NCBI GenBank assembly: GCA_964304625.1
Contig: OZ199838.1
Location: forward strand, 13,552,802-13,616,801
Reading direction: 5' to 3'
Source of the DNA: Kudoa neothunni
Lineage: Eukaryota; Animalia; Cnidaria
DNA length: 64,000 nucleotides
Shown here: piece after piece, positions 25,701 through 37,536 of the stretch
How positions within the stretch are numbered: the first letter of the stretch is position 1
Layout: every line of letters starts with the position of its first letter
The notes under the pieces: model-generated
Databases searched by the model: none
What the model saw: only the letters and a program-made list of their open reading frames with translations
Told to the model about the DNA's origin: nothing
Made by a program: the position numbers and the translations under genes

Positions 25701-27101
25701 TAAGATTTTCATCAATAACCATTTGAGCCTCCACCTGGCTATTATAATTGGAATCGTTTTGTCTACTGTGGGTTGCAGTAGTGGTACTATTGGTCGAAGT
25801 GGGTTTAGTGGAGGTCTCTGAAAATTGTAGAAGGATATATTTTCCAGATGAATTATTATCGGTGGTTTTATTGATTAGTGGCTGTTGTGAATCAGTAGTC
25901 GGCGCATCACCAATATGAGAAATATAACTTGCTTGAGAAAGCACAGAATTTATTCTCCTTTGAGTAAATTCATAGGGTACAACTAACGAATGTTGTAACC
26001 ATTTGTAATCATGGCTGATTTCAAAAACTGCGTTATACGGACGAATGTTTGTTCTTACCGAGTTGAAATAAGTGGAACGTTGATGTTTGGACAGTTTCAG
26101 AGTTCGATTAGATCCAACCTAAATTATATGAGACAATTAGAAGTTATTATCTTATTTTAAAATAATAGAGGCTATGAGTTAGCATAAGAAAGCATTGGTT
26201 CACTTTGTTGGATAGATATAAACGGAAACTTCGATTTTTCGAATAGACCGACAGATCAGCTAGAAATGTGGGGGTTTTTTTTGTCGAAACCACCATCAAC
26301 AAACATATATTGCAAAAGTTGGTGGATTGCGGTTGATTAATCGCATTAAAAACAATATCGCCATTCAAATATGCCTTACAACCACAATTGCAATCTGCCC
26401 AGTGATTGAATACATTGGCATAGCACTGTTTAACGAAACAGCCAACTTGAAAATTGTTAATAAAAAATATATTTCTCCCAATGTGAAATATCAAATGGCA
26501 AGAATATTTCTTCTCATCGGAGGAATCTAGCCAAACCACTCGATCTATCGAACATTGTAGATTGAAATATCTATTTAAAATGTAATGAAAAAATTACACG
26601 TAACAAAATTCCTCACCTTAACAACTGTTCACAAACGTATTCAATAAATCTTATTACAACCTTATCTCCATCTTCGGCAATATGTGGATTGTCATCTTTT
26701 AAAAACTCCAAATCAAAGTACAACCTACACGGTGTATCACCGGGGATAACTTCATAATAATGCCGTTTGTTAGGCTGAAACAAAAAATATTTTTCAGAAA
26801 ATGATTCCAACGTAGAGCTAACAAATTCGTAGGTTGATTTTGAGTCATTGTCGTTGTTGGCAACGAGCTTTTCTTGAGCAAACACACGATACAACTCACT
26901 CCCGACTGTTTCCACATGCTCAAATGCGTTAATCAATTTTGAAAATATTTTAAACGAATTTCCGCAACTTAGAAGTAAATTTTTAGAAGGTGACACGCGT
27001 TTAAAACCAATATTGCAATTCTTGATAGTATTGGTGCTTTGATTGTCACTTTTAATCAAATCATCATTTTTTTGTCTATAGAAATTATTCGCCCCCATCA
27101 A
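22745..27101 (-). CDS. PRIMPOL: DNA-directed primase/polymerase PrimPol, 6 exons
   Basis: Exons 27101-26617, 26570-26204, 26118-25592, 23133-~22963, then two short exons to a TAG at 22747-22745. Motifs YFDLEF (DxE), YSCHL (SxH), DLSVYSKNRSFRL, Zn finger RFCHKIGREHKSNH...QKCHDSDC, and acidic C-terminal DDLDLSNEEFNQLL (RPA-binding-like). Confidence 0.93.
24480..25260 (-). mobile_element. Very decayed Penelope-like/RT remnant in the PrimPol 2.46-kb intron
   Basis: Weak echoes LAKTHQ (cf. LPKIHK) and LDETGR (cf. GIY-YIG YIGETGR); many stops. Confidence 0.3.
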
Positions 27102-27977
27102 TCACGGCTAAAACTATCCTTCATTAAAAAATAGCGCTCAATCGCCAGAAGCAACTAAGAAAATGGCCGCCTATTGAGAAATGCGCGCGTTCCTGAAATA
27201 TCGTTAACATTGTAATTCTCTTTTCAAAGAACCTACCCTAATTCATTCTAAATTATTAATATGTGGCTGATTTTAATTTAATAATCCAATAAAGAAACAC
27301 CCCAGCTCAAACTCCTCCGAAAAGGTGTAGGTTCGACACATACGCAAAAATAAAAGATCTCAGTCATAATACTTCACAGTTGAAATCGAGGGCATATTAG
27401 ATTTGAGGATCGTAATTTTAAACTAAAATAGATTTTAGCGGTCGAATTTTTAAAAAAGTTTCGACGTTTGTTTTCCGAGAAAAGTCGGAATCACCCCAAA
27501 AACTTAAAATGGTTAGTAACCGGAGAGAAATTGGCAGTTTTCTCGTTGAATGGATCGACATAGAAAAGGGAAGAAATGGATTAACATATAAATATTGCAA
27601 AGCGAAAATATCTCTACAACAAAATAGAATTTACACGCAAATAAAGTCAAAGAAACATACTTCGTTAATCTTCCGAACGTTTCTGGGGTCAAATTGACCC
27701 CAGAGCCCATTGTATTACACGTAGTATGTACATAGAAGAATCGACAAACAAACAATGCGCAGAGGGGTGTTTTTTAGGTGCCACATCCTACCCTATTACC
27801 GAAGAATCTAACAATAGTAATATCTGTTGCATTCTCTTAAAACATGTAATATCTTATAATTATTTAGTAAAAATTTAAAAAAGTGGATTAAACAACGATA
27901 TACAATAAAAATATACACTTAGTGCTTGTTGGGGTCAATTTGACGCCAAGGTTTTTATTGCTTTTAATGATACTAAA

Positions 27978-28916
27978 GGCCAAACTGCAGTTTGGGGCTA
28001 TTCTTCGGCAAATATCGGATATAGTCGCGGAAAATAAAATAAAATATGTAAAATACATTATCAATGGAGATATAATTCATTAATTGTTAATATATATATA
28101 TATATTTTAAAAGTTTCAATAATGAATTTTCTTTTTAAATGATATTCTGAGAGGTAAGAACCCATCAATTCTGACCTCTTGTTGGTGATGTGGCGATACT
28201 TTCTTTTCACTGTCCCCAAATGGCTTCGATGCGATTAGTATGAACTCCATCCATTCTTTTGAAGCCATCTTTATGGATCATAACTTCGTGTTGATAACCA
28301 ATAAGGGACAAATCCTTGTATCCCTTCCAACCATCCGTCCAAATCATCGAGCCCAATTCAAAATTCTTCCACGATGGTATTTTCTTCTGCAGATAAATGA
28401 CTAATCGATTTGAACAACAAAGCCAGGAGAACCGATTTTTTCGCGATGGGAGTCTAAGTATTCATAGTAAATTTCTCGGATATACTGCATCCAATCAATT
28501 ACAGTGTGCTCAGAACCAATGCCCAGCTGTCTACATATTGTTCTATATGACATATTTATGTCGTTCAGATTAAAATACATCAGGGCAAATATCTGCCACA
28601 ACGATAAATGTGACCCCTCAAAAAAGGTTCCATTTCTGATGGAACATTTCTTTTTGCAAACGTCGCAAAAAAATACGTACAAATCATTTTTATTTTTTTA
28701 ATTTATCAGATACATATCTGATGAACATTTATTGCACTTTTTAACTTTTGGCAGCAGCCCCAAATTTTGTAGCGCGTTAAAAAGTTTTTCAAAATCGGAT
28801 TTTAAAAGAAACAAGTCTTCTAATAACATAGTGTCTATTGAAAACTCCATTTTAAAAACTGATGCACGAGTGTATCCGATACTTGCCGAAGAATAGCCCC
28901 AAACTGCAGTTTAGCC
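27978..28916 (-). mobile_element. Merlin (IS1595/IS1016-like, ISXO2 domain) transposon, internally deleted
   Basis: 44-bp TIRs with 2 mismatches (GGCYAAACTGCAGTTTGGGGCTATTCTTCGGCAARTATCGGATA) and a perfect 9-bp TSD GATACTAAA. Transposase from ATG 28850 with CNKC..CDVC, SIRNGTFF, VVQID*S, IWTDGWKGY, GVHTNRIE; it carries stops and a deletion. Confidence 0.93.
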
Positions 28917-29163
28917 GATACTAAATAATTTAAAAATGAATGGTCGAGTTTGATTGAATTCTGTAGGCAGAATACTGAAAAAACAAGGAAAGCATGTAAA
29001 CGAGATCATACGCGAAGACACGGATGCATGCGTTTTACCGCACCGTTCGCACGAATTTAACTGAAACATGCTCATAAGTGTCCAAGGAAGACTTTGGTGA
29101 GATTTATCTCATTAATTATAAGCGCGATTCTAACGAAATATTGTATGTCAATTACTTTAGTTA

Positions 29164-30244
29164 GGCTAAAGTGGAGTTTAGTGCCTGTGCGCTCGCACTC
29201 GACCGAAACATCCCGAACGCAATAAAAACACAAACTTAGTTAGAAAATGTGTAAATCGACACTATTTAATTTATTGTTCCGCCAAATAAATTTTGTTAAA
29301 AAAATTTTTTTGAATACATAAATTCGGCCAAATAAACTTTAATTAGATCTGGCTTTTGGTTACGGATGGGGTTTAATTTTCTTTTAACTGCATCCCAAGT
29401 GCTTTCAATTTTGTTTGTGTGAACCCCGCTAGATGAAACAAATTCGTTTTTATGGTTAACAACTTCATGAAAGTAACCTATAGAATCTAGATTTCTATAT
29501 CCATCCCAGCAGTCAGACCATATGATGGATCCAACTTCGACATTTCTCGAAATAATCATCTCCAGAGTTTGTTGGTTTCTTACGGTCGTTATCTCTATAA
29601 AAGCGTTGCCAACTTCGTCGATTCCTCCCACAATCCACTGCTCCTGATTAGCCAACATTCTACCTACATTGTATTTGCGTTTGCAAATTTAGCTTTCATC
29701 AACTTGGACAATCATTCTTGTCGCTCCAATTTTGGTAGAATTGCTGATAAAATAATTATAATATATATAGCGGATGAAGTTCTTCCAATAAACTACTGTT
29801 TTCGACGTCACCTTCATTTCTTTGATTAAAAAATCTTGATTGTAAATATCATTCGAATAATAATAATACAGTAGCTTCAATATTTGACTGAAACTTAGAT
29901 GGCTTCTTTCAAAAAACGAACCTCTTCTAATCGAAACATATTTTCTGCATTTGTTGCAATGAAAGATATAACCATCTGTAACACTTACTTTTTTTGTTAA
30001 CGACATAGAGTCGCCACAACAGTTCACGTTCTTCGCAATTAAGCCAAAGTGCATCATAAATTTGACGCCGTACTCCTTATTTAGCCACAACAAATCAATA
30101 AAAAATATATTAATGTCTTCTAAATTGATGGTACTAATTTCTGGCAGAGGAACAACGACATTCATTTCGCGGCGTGCCATATTAATCCGATTATAACAAC
30201 GAAGATTATTTGCGCGCGCATTGGCACTAAACTCCACTTTAGCC
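29164..30244 (-). mobile_element. Merlin (IS1595-like) transposon, near full length
   Basis: 22-bp perfect TIRs GGCTAAAGTGGAGTTTAGTGCC; TSD CTTTAGTTA/CCTTGGTTA (7 of 9 match). ORF 30180-29296 with VQVDES*ICKRKYNVGR, IWSDCWDGY and GVHTNKIES (DDE), broken by one in-frame TAA at 29691-29689. Confidence 0.93.
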
Positions 30245-31151
30245 CCTTGGTTACTGAAATCCAAATTCTGACGGATCTAACGATATAGATGAGGATTTGA
30301 ATATGTTTTGTGAGAAGACTAATGTTTATAGCCTAAATTATATCCAAAGAGCGATATAAAAAAATCACGTTGCTTACGTGCGATCAAAACTGGATTAAAA
30401 TGGTTGAATGACAATTTTCATTTTCCCCTGTTCCATTCCCGAGGGGATTACTTGGAAGTGGTTACCGACCGTAGGAAATGAATTTATTACTCGCGTCACG
30501 AATTAATTTAATTCACCAATATTTTCAGTAAAAAAATATTTAAACTCATTTTTACACGCCAAAAATTGATTTATCTCCTTAATTCGTTACAATAAAGCCC
30601 AAGTTGACGAAAACACAGGTTGTGCCAACGAATTCCCACAAATTCGAACTATTTTTTATACATGCAATGTAAATCTTGGTGAAAATACGACAAATATTTG
30701 TGGATAAATTTTTATTGAATTTTACATATGATTATTTAATTATTTATTGCATTTAACCATGCAATAACCGCCTGGGATCAATTTGACCTCAAATGCGCCA
30801 AGTGTTTAGTCGACTTTGAGGCGCCACGAAGGTTAATAAGCGCTTCAAAACACTTCTCTGTCAATTTTTAGAGATAAAAAACGACAAAATTGCGAAAAAG
30901 TTTGGTTATTGTTCTTGATGTCTTTGCGCTATCGCCACTTGATAAGAAAAGTTTTTTGAGGGGATCTTGTCCCAATCTTTTTTAAAATTTAAAATGTTTA
31001 ACATGCGCGCTCGCGCATCAATGAACCAATCAAAATAAACGTCGAAAACGGCGATCCCTACTTATAAGTATCAAATAAAGTATATTTTGATGTATTCACA
31101 GTTATCTCATCAAAAATTTTAATTTTTATATATATTTTAAAAGGAAGAAAT

Positions 31152-31561
31152 TCAAAATACATAAAATATTTCATAATTGTTTACCCTTTTAAACCTTATT
31201 GGACCACCATATGGTAATCTCGTAAAAAACCAAGCGGAAAAGAATGCAATTTTCCCCCCAATTTTATGACACTAATATAGGAAAAATTAAATTTGAACAA
31301 TTTACAAGATACTCCAAGAGAAAATTGTTGGATTTAAATGAGGTTTTGAAGTAGTTTAATCATTGGGCGGACTCCACGAGCTCATGATGGTCCATTGAAA
31401 ATAATATTATCACCAACAACGTACTATCCGAAACCCAATGAAACTAACGGCACGCGCAAGCGTAATACACTTTATTAGATTTGTTAGAGTGCGACCTTTT
31501 GAACGTACCTTACTGATTTTAAATAACGTAAACCTGTCGTTTTCAACGTAGAAATTCCCAT
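31152..31561 (-). pseudogene. Putative 3-exon gene with one in-frame TGA, divergent from TAF1 (weak NDUFB2-like resemblance)
   Basis: Phase-0 exons 31561-31514, 31443-31306 and 31271-31185 give MGISTLKTTGLRYLKS/FHWVS...ESAQ*LNYF...LEYL/CHKIGGKIAFFSAWFFTRLPYGGPIRFKR. The 3' end is uncertain. Confidence 0.35.
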
Positions 31562-31594
31562 TTACGGGTTAATCACTTTTTAAAAGGTTTAAAA

Positions 31595-34500
31595 ATGTTT
31601 TCTTTTGATTCGACTGGAAAGGAGAAAGCTGAGTCTACTATGAAGGCTCAAGAGGGTGATAAGATAAATGTTTAGGCATTTAATCATGAAATTTATAATT
31701 TTTATCTAGTAGAAGAACAAACAGAGGAAAAAGGACCTTACAAGTTTGTGCACACTTTCGGTTATCTCACTAAGCCAAAGCCAGCCAGCATTCCCAAAAA
31801 AATAAGATTAGCCGCGAAAAATCGGGTTATGCAATGCGCAGAGCAATTGGAATTTAATTATACACAGTATTTCACAGAAGAAGCCGAGGATTTGTGGGTG
31901 GATCCCAATGACGATGATGAGCGTAAGTTTCTCACACCAAACGCAGTGACAGTTCAAAACGAGCCACGGCCGGCTGACAATCTTAGCAAACCACAATCAA
32001 CCGAAAAATCCACAAAAACAAATGCGAATCAAGACTACTCTACCAACGAAGATATCATTAAGATAGCACCCAAAAGTTTACCAGTTTTTAATGTGAAAGA
32101 AGACCTGAAGAATTTAGATATTTTTGAGATGGATGTTACAGCTGAAGATGAAAACGATACGTTAAATAAGGATATATTCTATGATATGATTGAGAAAGAA
32201 TTCCCTAACAACAATTTTCTCGAACCCAACCAAACGGATTCCATTGAATATGATCCCAGCTTAAAAAACTGTGTTTATGAGTTAATTCCATGGGAGAACG
32301 AATTGGTTCCTTTTAACAATGAGATCCAAACCAATATGATTGATGTGTTGAAAGCTGGTTGGATTCCATCCACCGACATTCGAACTTGGAAGGATTTTAT
32401 CACACATGAATTCCAAAATAATTCATTAGATCATGAAACATTGTTGTTATTTTTAAATGTATTGGCATCCCTGAAAATGTCAGCCGATCATCCTGATGGT
32501 AGTTACAATGTGAAAGATTGGTACAATATTCTTATTGGCTCACATGGCAACAACTATGAAAATGATATCTACAGCCTACCAACCTATATCACCAGACATT
32601 TGATCACATTTCAGAACCCCGCTTATGCACAGCAACTTTCCATTGTGTCCAATGTTCGCGACTTAATGAACATATCCAGTGACAACTATTACATCGAAGG
32701 AAGGAAAACTCAAGGAGAAGATATTTTTGATGAATCAGCTATCAATATAAAGCATGCATATCCCGCTGAGATTATGCATCGAACACTTATGCCAATATAT
32801 TTGGACTGTGTTGCCGCGAGGAATTTTCATCGGCCGATTTTGGCGCCTCTTGCATATGGGCCACTTTCTAAACCGGGCTATCGAGCTGTTCGTAATTTAC
32901 AGAGTCACATTAAGAAAAAGTCCAAAGAGATGCAGAAGAAACGCAAACTATCGGGCTATTCAGATATTTCATTTATGCAAACACTCGACGATATAACCAG
33001 CACTGATGGCCACATAATTTTGATCGAATACTCAGAAGAGTTTCCTCCGTTCCTTTGTCAGAATGGAATGAATTCGGTGTTGATTCAATTTTGTAAGTTG
33101 TTCCACGAGAAAAATTCCATCCCAATCGTCAACTATGACAGTCGTCAACAAACTACCACTCCAAACACTAACCCAAATCTAACGCCTACGGTCCGGACGA
33201 ATCAACCGCCTATATCACGTAGTTCCAATAACCAATCTGCTAGCATGATTACTGCTCCAAAAAGACATCCGGGTGCCAATTTAGCTTCCACTATTGCTAG
33301 CACTAACCTCGGTGGTTCTACTATGATGATGAATCGAACGGGTAGACCAGCCAATGATGGTAATACGTTACCAGTTATAAATACTGAATCAACCCGGATA
33401 AACACCTCACGGTTTATCCGAAATGAACCTAAATTTGGAGAGTACGGAAAACCGATGTATGTGGATACGGTGTCTCCTTTTCTTGGTAGCTTGGACGCAA
33501 ACCAAGTGTTGCTAGCGATGGAGAACAACCTTTGTCGTGCGCCACTCTATCTTCATGATATTCCAAAAACAGATTTTCTGATCATTCGCAACTCAGGAGG
33601 ATATTTCATTAGAGAATTTCAATCTGTTTTTTTGGCCGGCCAACAAATACCCAAACGAATTATTCCTGTCCCTGGATCCAAAGCATCCTCCAAATACAAC
33701 CGAGATCTACTTCAAGTGTACATCTATCGATATTTCCACCGCAGCAAGGAGATACCTCCTCGTCTAAAAACTGATGAAATTCGTCGCCTTTTCAAACACA
33801 ACTCCGAAAATGCCATTCGCAAACGTCTTAAATATTGCTCCGACTACAAGAGAAATTCTTCTACTCCAGGGGAAGTTGGCAGTTGGCATTTGAGAGAAAA
33901 TTTCAACCTGCCCTCATTTGATGAAATGACCAGGTTGTGCCGCCCTGAAGATGCCTGTGTTTATTTTGGTATGATTTCCGCTGAACGTCGCCTAAAGGTA
34001 TTTGACCATGTTCGATTAAAATGAAACGTAGTTTATCTATGGTGATTGTTGATTAGGACTTGGGCTATGAAAAAAAGGTGTACTCGGTCAATGACAACGG
34101 TGATGATGATGTTTTGGACGCGCTTCGCGGCGAAGATGAAATATTATCAGCTCCATGGAATACTACTCATGCTTTTATCGATTCAATTCGCGGAAAATGT
34201 GTTCTTTCTGTTAGTAATGGTCCCGCTGATCCAACCGGAAAACGGCTTTCATTCTCCTACTCTAAGGTGGACTCCAGAAGTAATTCGATCTCAACAAGTG
34301 AATCTGCTGCCAACAACTCCGACACATCAGGATCCAAAACCACTCCTTCAATACCTCAGACAGACCTTCGAAAAATCAATATGAAAGTCGCAAAGAAATA
34401 TCTAATTTCATTTGGATTGAATGCTAAAAAAGTCGAGGATATGACTCGCTGGGAGGTGGTTGATGCCATTAAGAAATTCGTCCAGGATGATAAAAATTTA

Positions 34501-37500
34501 CCATCAAGTACATTGATTTTCCTTGCTGTTGTGTTTCACATATCAACTTTTTTTCTCATTAGTGTTCCTCAAATATACTCGCACCACAAGAATTCTTACT
34601 CCTCATGCTATTCAGCGTTTCAAAAAAGCTTGCCAGAAACAGTTTGATCTACAAAACAGGTACTTTTGTTACCATGGCGTATTTGCTCTGTTTTCCCAAC
34701 TTAAATTAATGCAAAATAAAAAGTTTACATTTTTAAACACTACCGATATTCGTTTCTCGACTGTTTTTCTCACAATTTTTAATTTGGCAACATGTTAATA
34801 CTGTTTATTATCCATTTCTTACTCGAAATTATTTTTCCTTTAAATATTTACACTATTCTATTGTTGTAAGAACGATCTGTGGCAGTAGGATACTTACGCT
34901 AACCAAATTTAATCTATAAGCTAATAAATTCTTTTGTTTTGGGTAGCGTGACCCATTCTAATATTCTTGCAGCATTATTTATTTTTGCGTCACAGTTAGA
35001 TTAGGTACTGGCTATTGACACGTAAATTTTTAATCCAAAATGGTAACTACGTTAGCGCAGTGCCTATTTTTGATCACGAGAACTCCTGTTTATAATTGAT
35101 CTACAAGATTAATTTCTTAAAATCTGCCGTTTTCGATTATTGTTTTCCCATCACTACCGCTCCTACGGACCGAAAATAATCAAATACAGTCAAAACTCTA
35201 CCCAACTGGATATTATGATCCGTGTCAATAGCCACTTCCTATTTTAAATTAATTACATTAAGCGTAGTTATTGTTAACATTTACATTATATGTTTTAACA
35301 CAAACATAATTTGTTATTTATTTGCAAATTTTAATCTTGTTTGGATGTTAATGAAAATTAAATTTTAACGAAAGATAAGGAAAATCTGAGTGTAGGAGAT
35401 TTTTGAGTAAAATAGAAAACGATTGGGAAGAAGAGTTAGGCACATAAAATACTAATAATCGAATACATGCTTTATTAACCACTTTTTGCATTCTTAGACT
35501 TTTGAGTTCGTCCGAAATTCCTAAAAGTCATGATGAAAACGCTAGTGGCGTAGATAGTGAAACCGAAACTGTTGACAATGAGCAATTAGGAAAGGATCTT
35601 GAAGGATTCCTTAATGATATTCAAAGTATGCAACTTAATTATTGGATTATTTTAATAATTTTATTCTGAAATAGTTTATGATTCGAGCGAAGATTCAAAT
35701 GATGATGATGATGATCATAATAGTGTTTCTGATACGGGCAGTATCAACTCTTCTAAACATAACGCCGAAACCAACATCACAAAAATATCTAAAAATATTC
35801 CTAATAAGTTGGTTATAAAACGTTTTTTTAACAACAACGGAAAAACATACGAACGTACCGAGATTCTCACAAACCCCCGTATTATTAGTGCATACTTGAA
35901 AACAATTCGAAAAAATAAATCGTAATGAATTTTTGTCCCGAGTATGCACATGTTCTGATTTTGTTGTAGCCTCCAAGAAAAAATTAAGGTGATATCAAAT
36001 CCTCGACCTAAACCTTCAAAACTTACCAACTATAATATATCCCGATTGGATTTTGGTGTGGATCCACACTCGAGATCTAATTTAAAATCCAAATCTTGTG
36101 ACAGGTTGGATTCAATTAAACCTAAAAATAATCCATCGCAGCTGCCAACTCAAAACCTTACTAAAACTGGTATGATGATTAATTCCATTCGTGTCCAATA
36201 TCAAACTATTATAGATTCTATCAATGCGTCATTGAATTTGATCGCAGCGTCGTCAACTGATAGTGGTGGTGCTAGTAGTAAACAAAGGGCTGATTTTAAC
36301 TCACCGATTTCTCCGATCTTTTCAGCTACATCCCTAAAACATCAGTCAATTATGGATGAACCACAAAAAACTGCCAACGTCAAGATAGAGGGAACAAAAA
36401 TGTACATAGATAAATCGTTATTGCAGCTGTCGAAAGATAAAAAGAAAATCTATCAACAAGGTAAAAATATAAAAGATGAATCGATTGTGGGCGCTGGTGG
36501 AAGAAAAAGAAAATTCTCGGACACCTTTGATTACTATTTCTATAAACCTTTCAAATCACATGGTAGAAGACGCATCAATCCACAAGTTTCATTGAATGCG
36601 ATATTTGAATCTATTGTGGGTGATTTGAAAAAAGTTGAAGCAAGTTGGCCATTCCATCAACCCGTCAGTAGTAAACTAGTGGTTGACTACTACAATGTGA
36701 TTAAAGATCCTATGGATTTGCAAACACTCAAAGATTTGACCTCGAAACACACATTCGCTAATAGAAAAGAATTTTTGGAAAAGTTGAAGTTGATCGAAAA
36801 GAATTGTATACTCTATAACGGAATCAAATCTCCTTTGAGTGCTACGGCAAGCAAACTTGTGGAACAAGGACAAAAAATGATCAACGAAAAAGATGAAGAG
36901 ATATTTGTTTTTGAAAAAGAAATAAACCCATTGTTGGATGAAGATGCTCAAATACCGCTTTCATGGATATTTGAGAATATAGTCAACAAAGTGAAAACTA
37001 TTAATGAATCGTTTCCGTTTCAACAACCTGTCAGCTTGAAATTATTTCCCAATTATCTTGATTATGTCACCACTCCAATGGATTTAAGTCTCCTGAAATC
37101 TAACTGTCACAACCACAAGTACCCAAATGTGGATTCGTTTATGTATGATGTTCGGCTGTTGCATGAGAACTCAGTAAAATTCAACGGAGATGATCACAAT
37201 GTAACAAATTTAGCCAACCGAGTAATTCAACAAGTGGAAGAAGCATTATTAGAGGTATTTGGACCATTCTTCTAATATAACAATGATTGTGTGGTATAGG
37301 TGAACGAACACATTCAAAATCTGCAAGACGAGATCGCTAGTCAACCAGCCCATCTTAAAAAATTCTATGAGGAGTCACGTCAATCTTTGGGCGGTTTACA
37401 TAACAAAAAGATCAAGAAAAATCTAACTCACAATCTCAAAGACAAAATAAACATCTCCAGTAGCATTGAGGGATATGACGTTCTTAAGGATTTAGAAATG

Positions 37501-37536
37501 TCAGATGATGATGACGACGATGATGATGATGATTAG
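31595..37536 (+). CDS. TAF1: Transcription initiation factor TFIID subunit 1, about 8 exons
   Basis: Exons approximately 31595-31655, 31710-33997, 34057-34507, 34563-34659, 35498-35625, 35674-35921, 35970-37254, 37300-37536. DUF3591 motifs EYSEEFPP, SPFLGSL, ENNLCRAP, IRKRLK, APWNTT, GPADPTG, DLRKI...RWEVVD; double bromodomain (SWPFHQPV..PMDL..YNG; FPFQQPV..PMDL..FNG). Confidence 0.95.
35004..35239. mobile_element. GG...CC-ended MITE in a TAF1 intron (family with at least 4-5 copies)
   Basis: TIRs GGTACTGGCTATTGACACG / CGTGTCAATAGCCACTTCC. Related copies or ends at ~12838, ~18520-18724, ~38720-38805 and 46683-46889. Confidence 0.7.

Larger units (their letters stand above)
27665..30836. mobile_element. 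TTAA-flanked piggyBac-like non-autonomous host element
   Basis: Termini TTAATCTTCC and the reverse complement TTAACCTTCG. Subterminal palindrome CTGGGGTCAA-A-TTGACCCCAG (27683-27703) and matching inverted blocks at ~27917-27950 and ~30771-30805. Confidence 0.6.

Noticed and set aside
27978-30244. Bacterial IS1595 contamination or a prokaryotic island
   Set aside because: The elements have TSDs within eukaryotic TE sequence between intron-containing genes, which fits eukaryotic Merlin.
30245-30264. ORF-track start of the 191-aa transposase ORF
   Set aside because: It lies outside the TIR; the plausible start is the ATG at 30180.
31808-36951. Short antisense or alternate-frame ORFs over TAF1 (and likewise over RPS4, RRM2 and the integrins)
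   Set aside because: They are shadows of real coding exons with no independent motifs.
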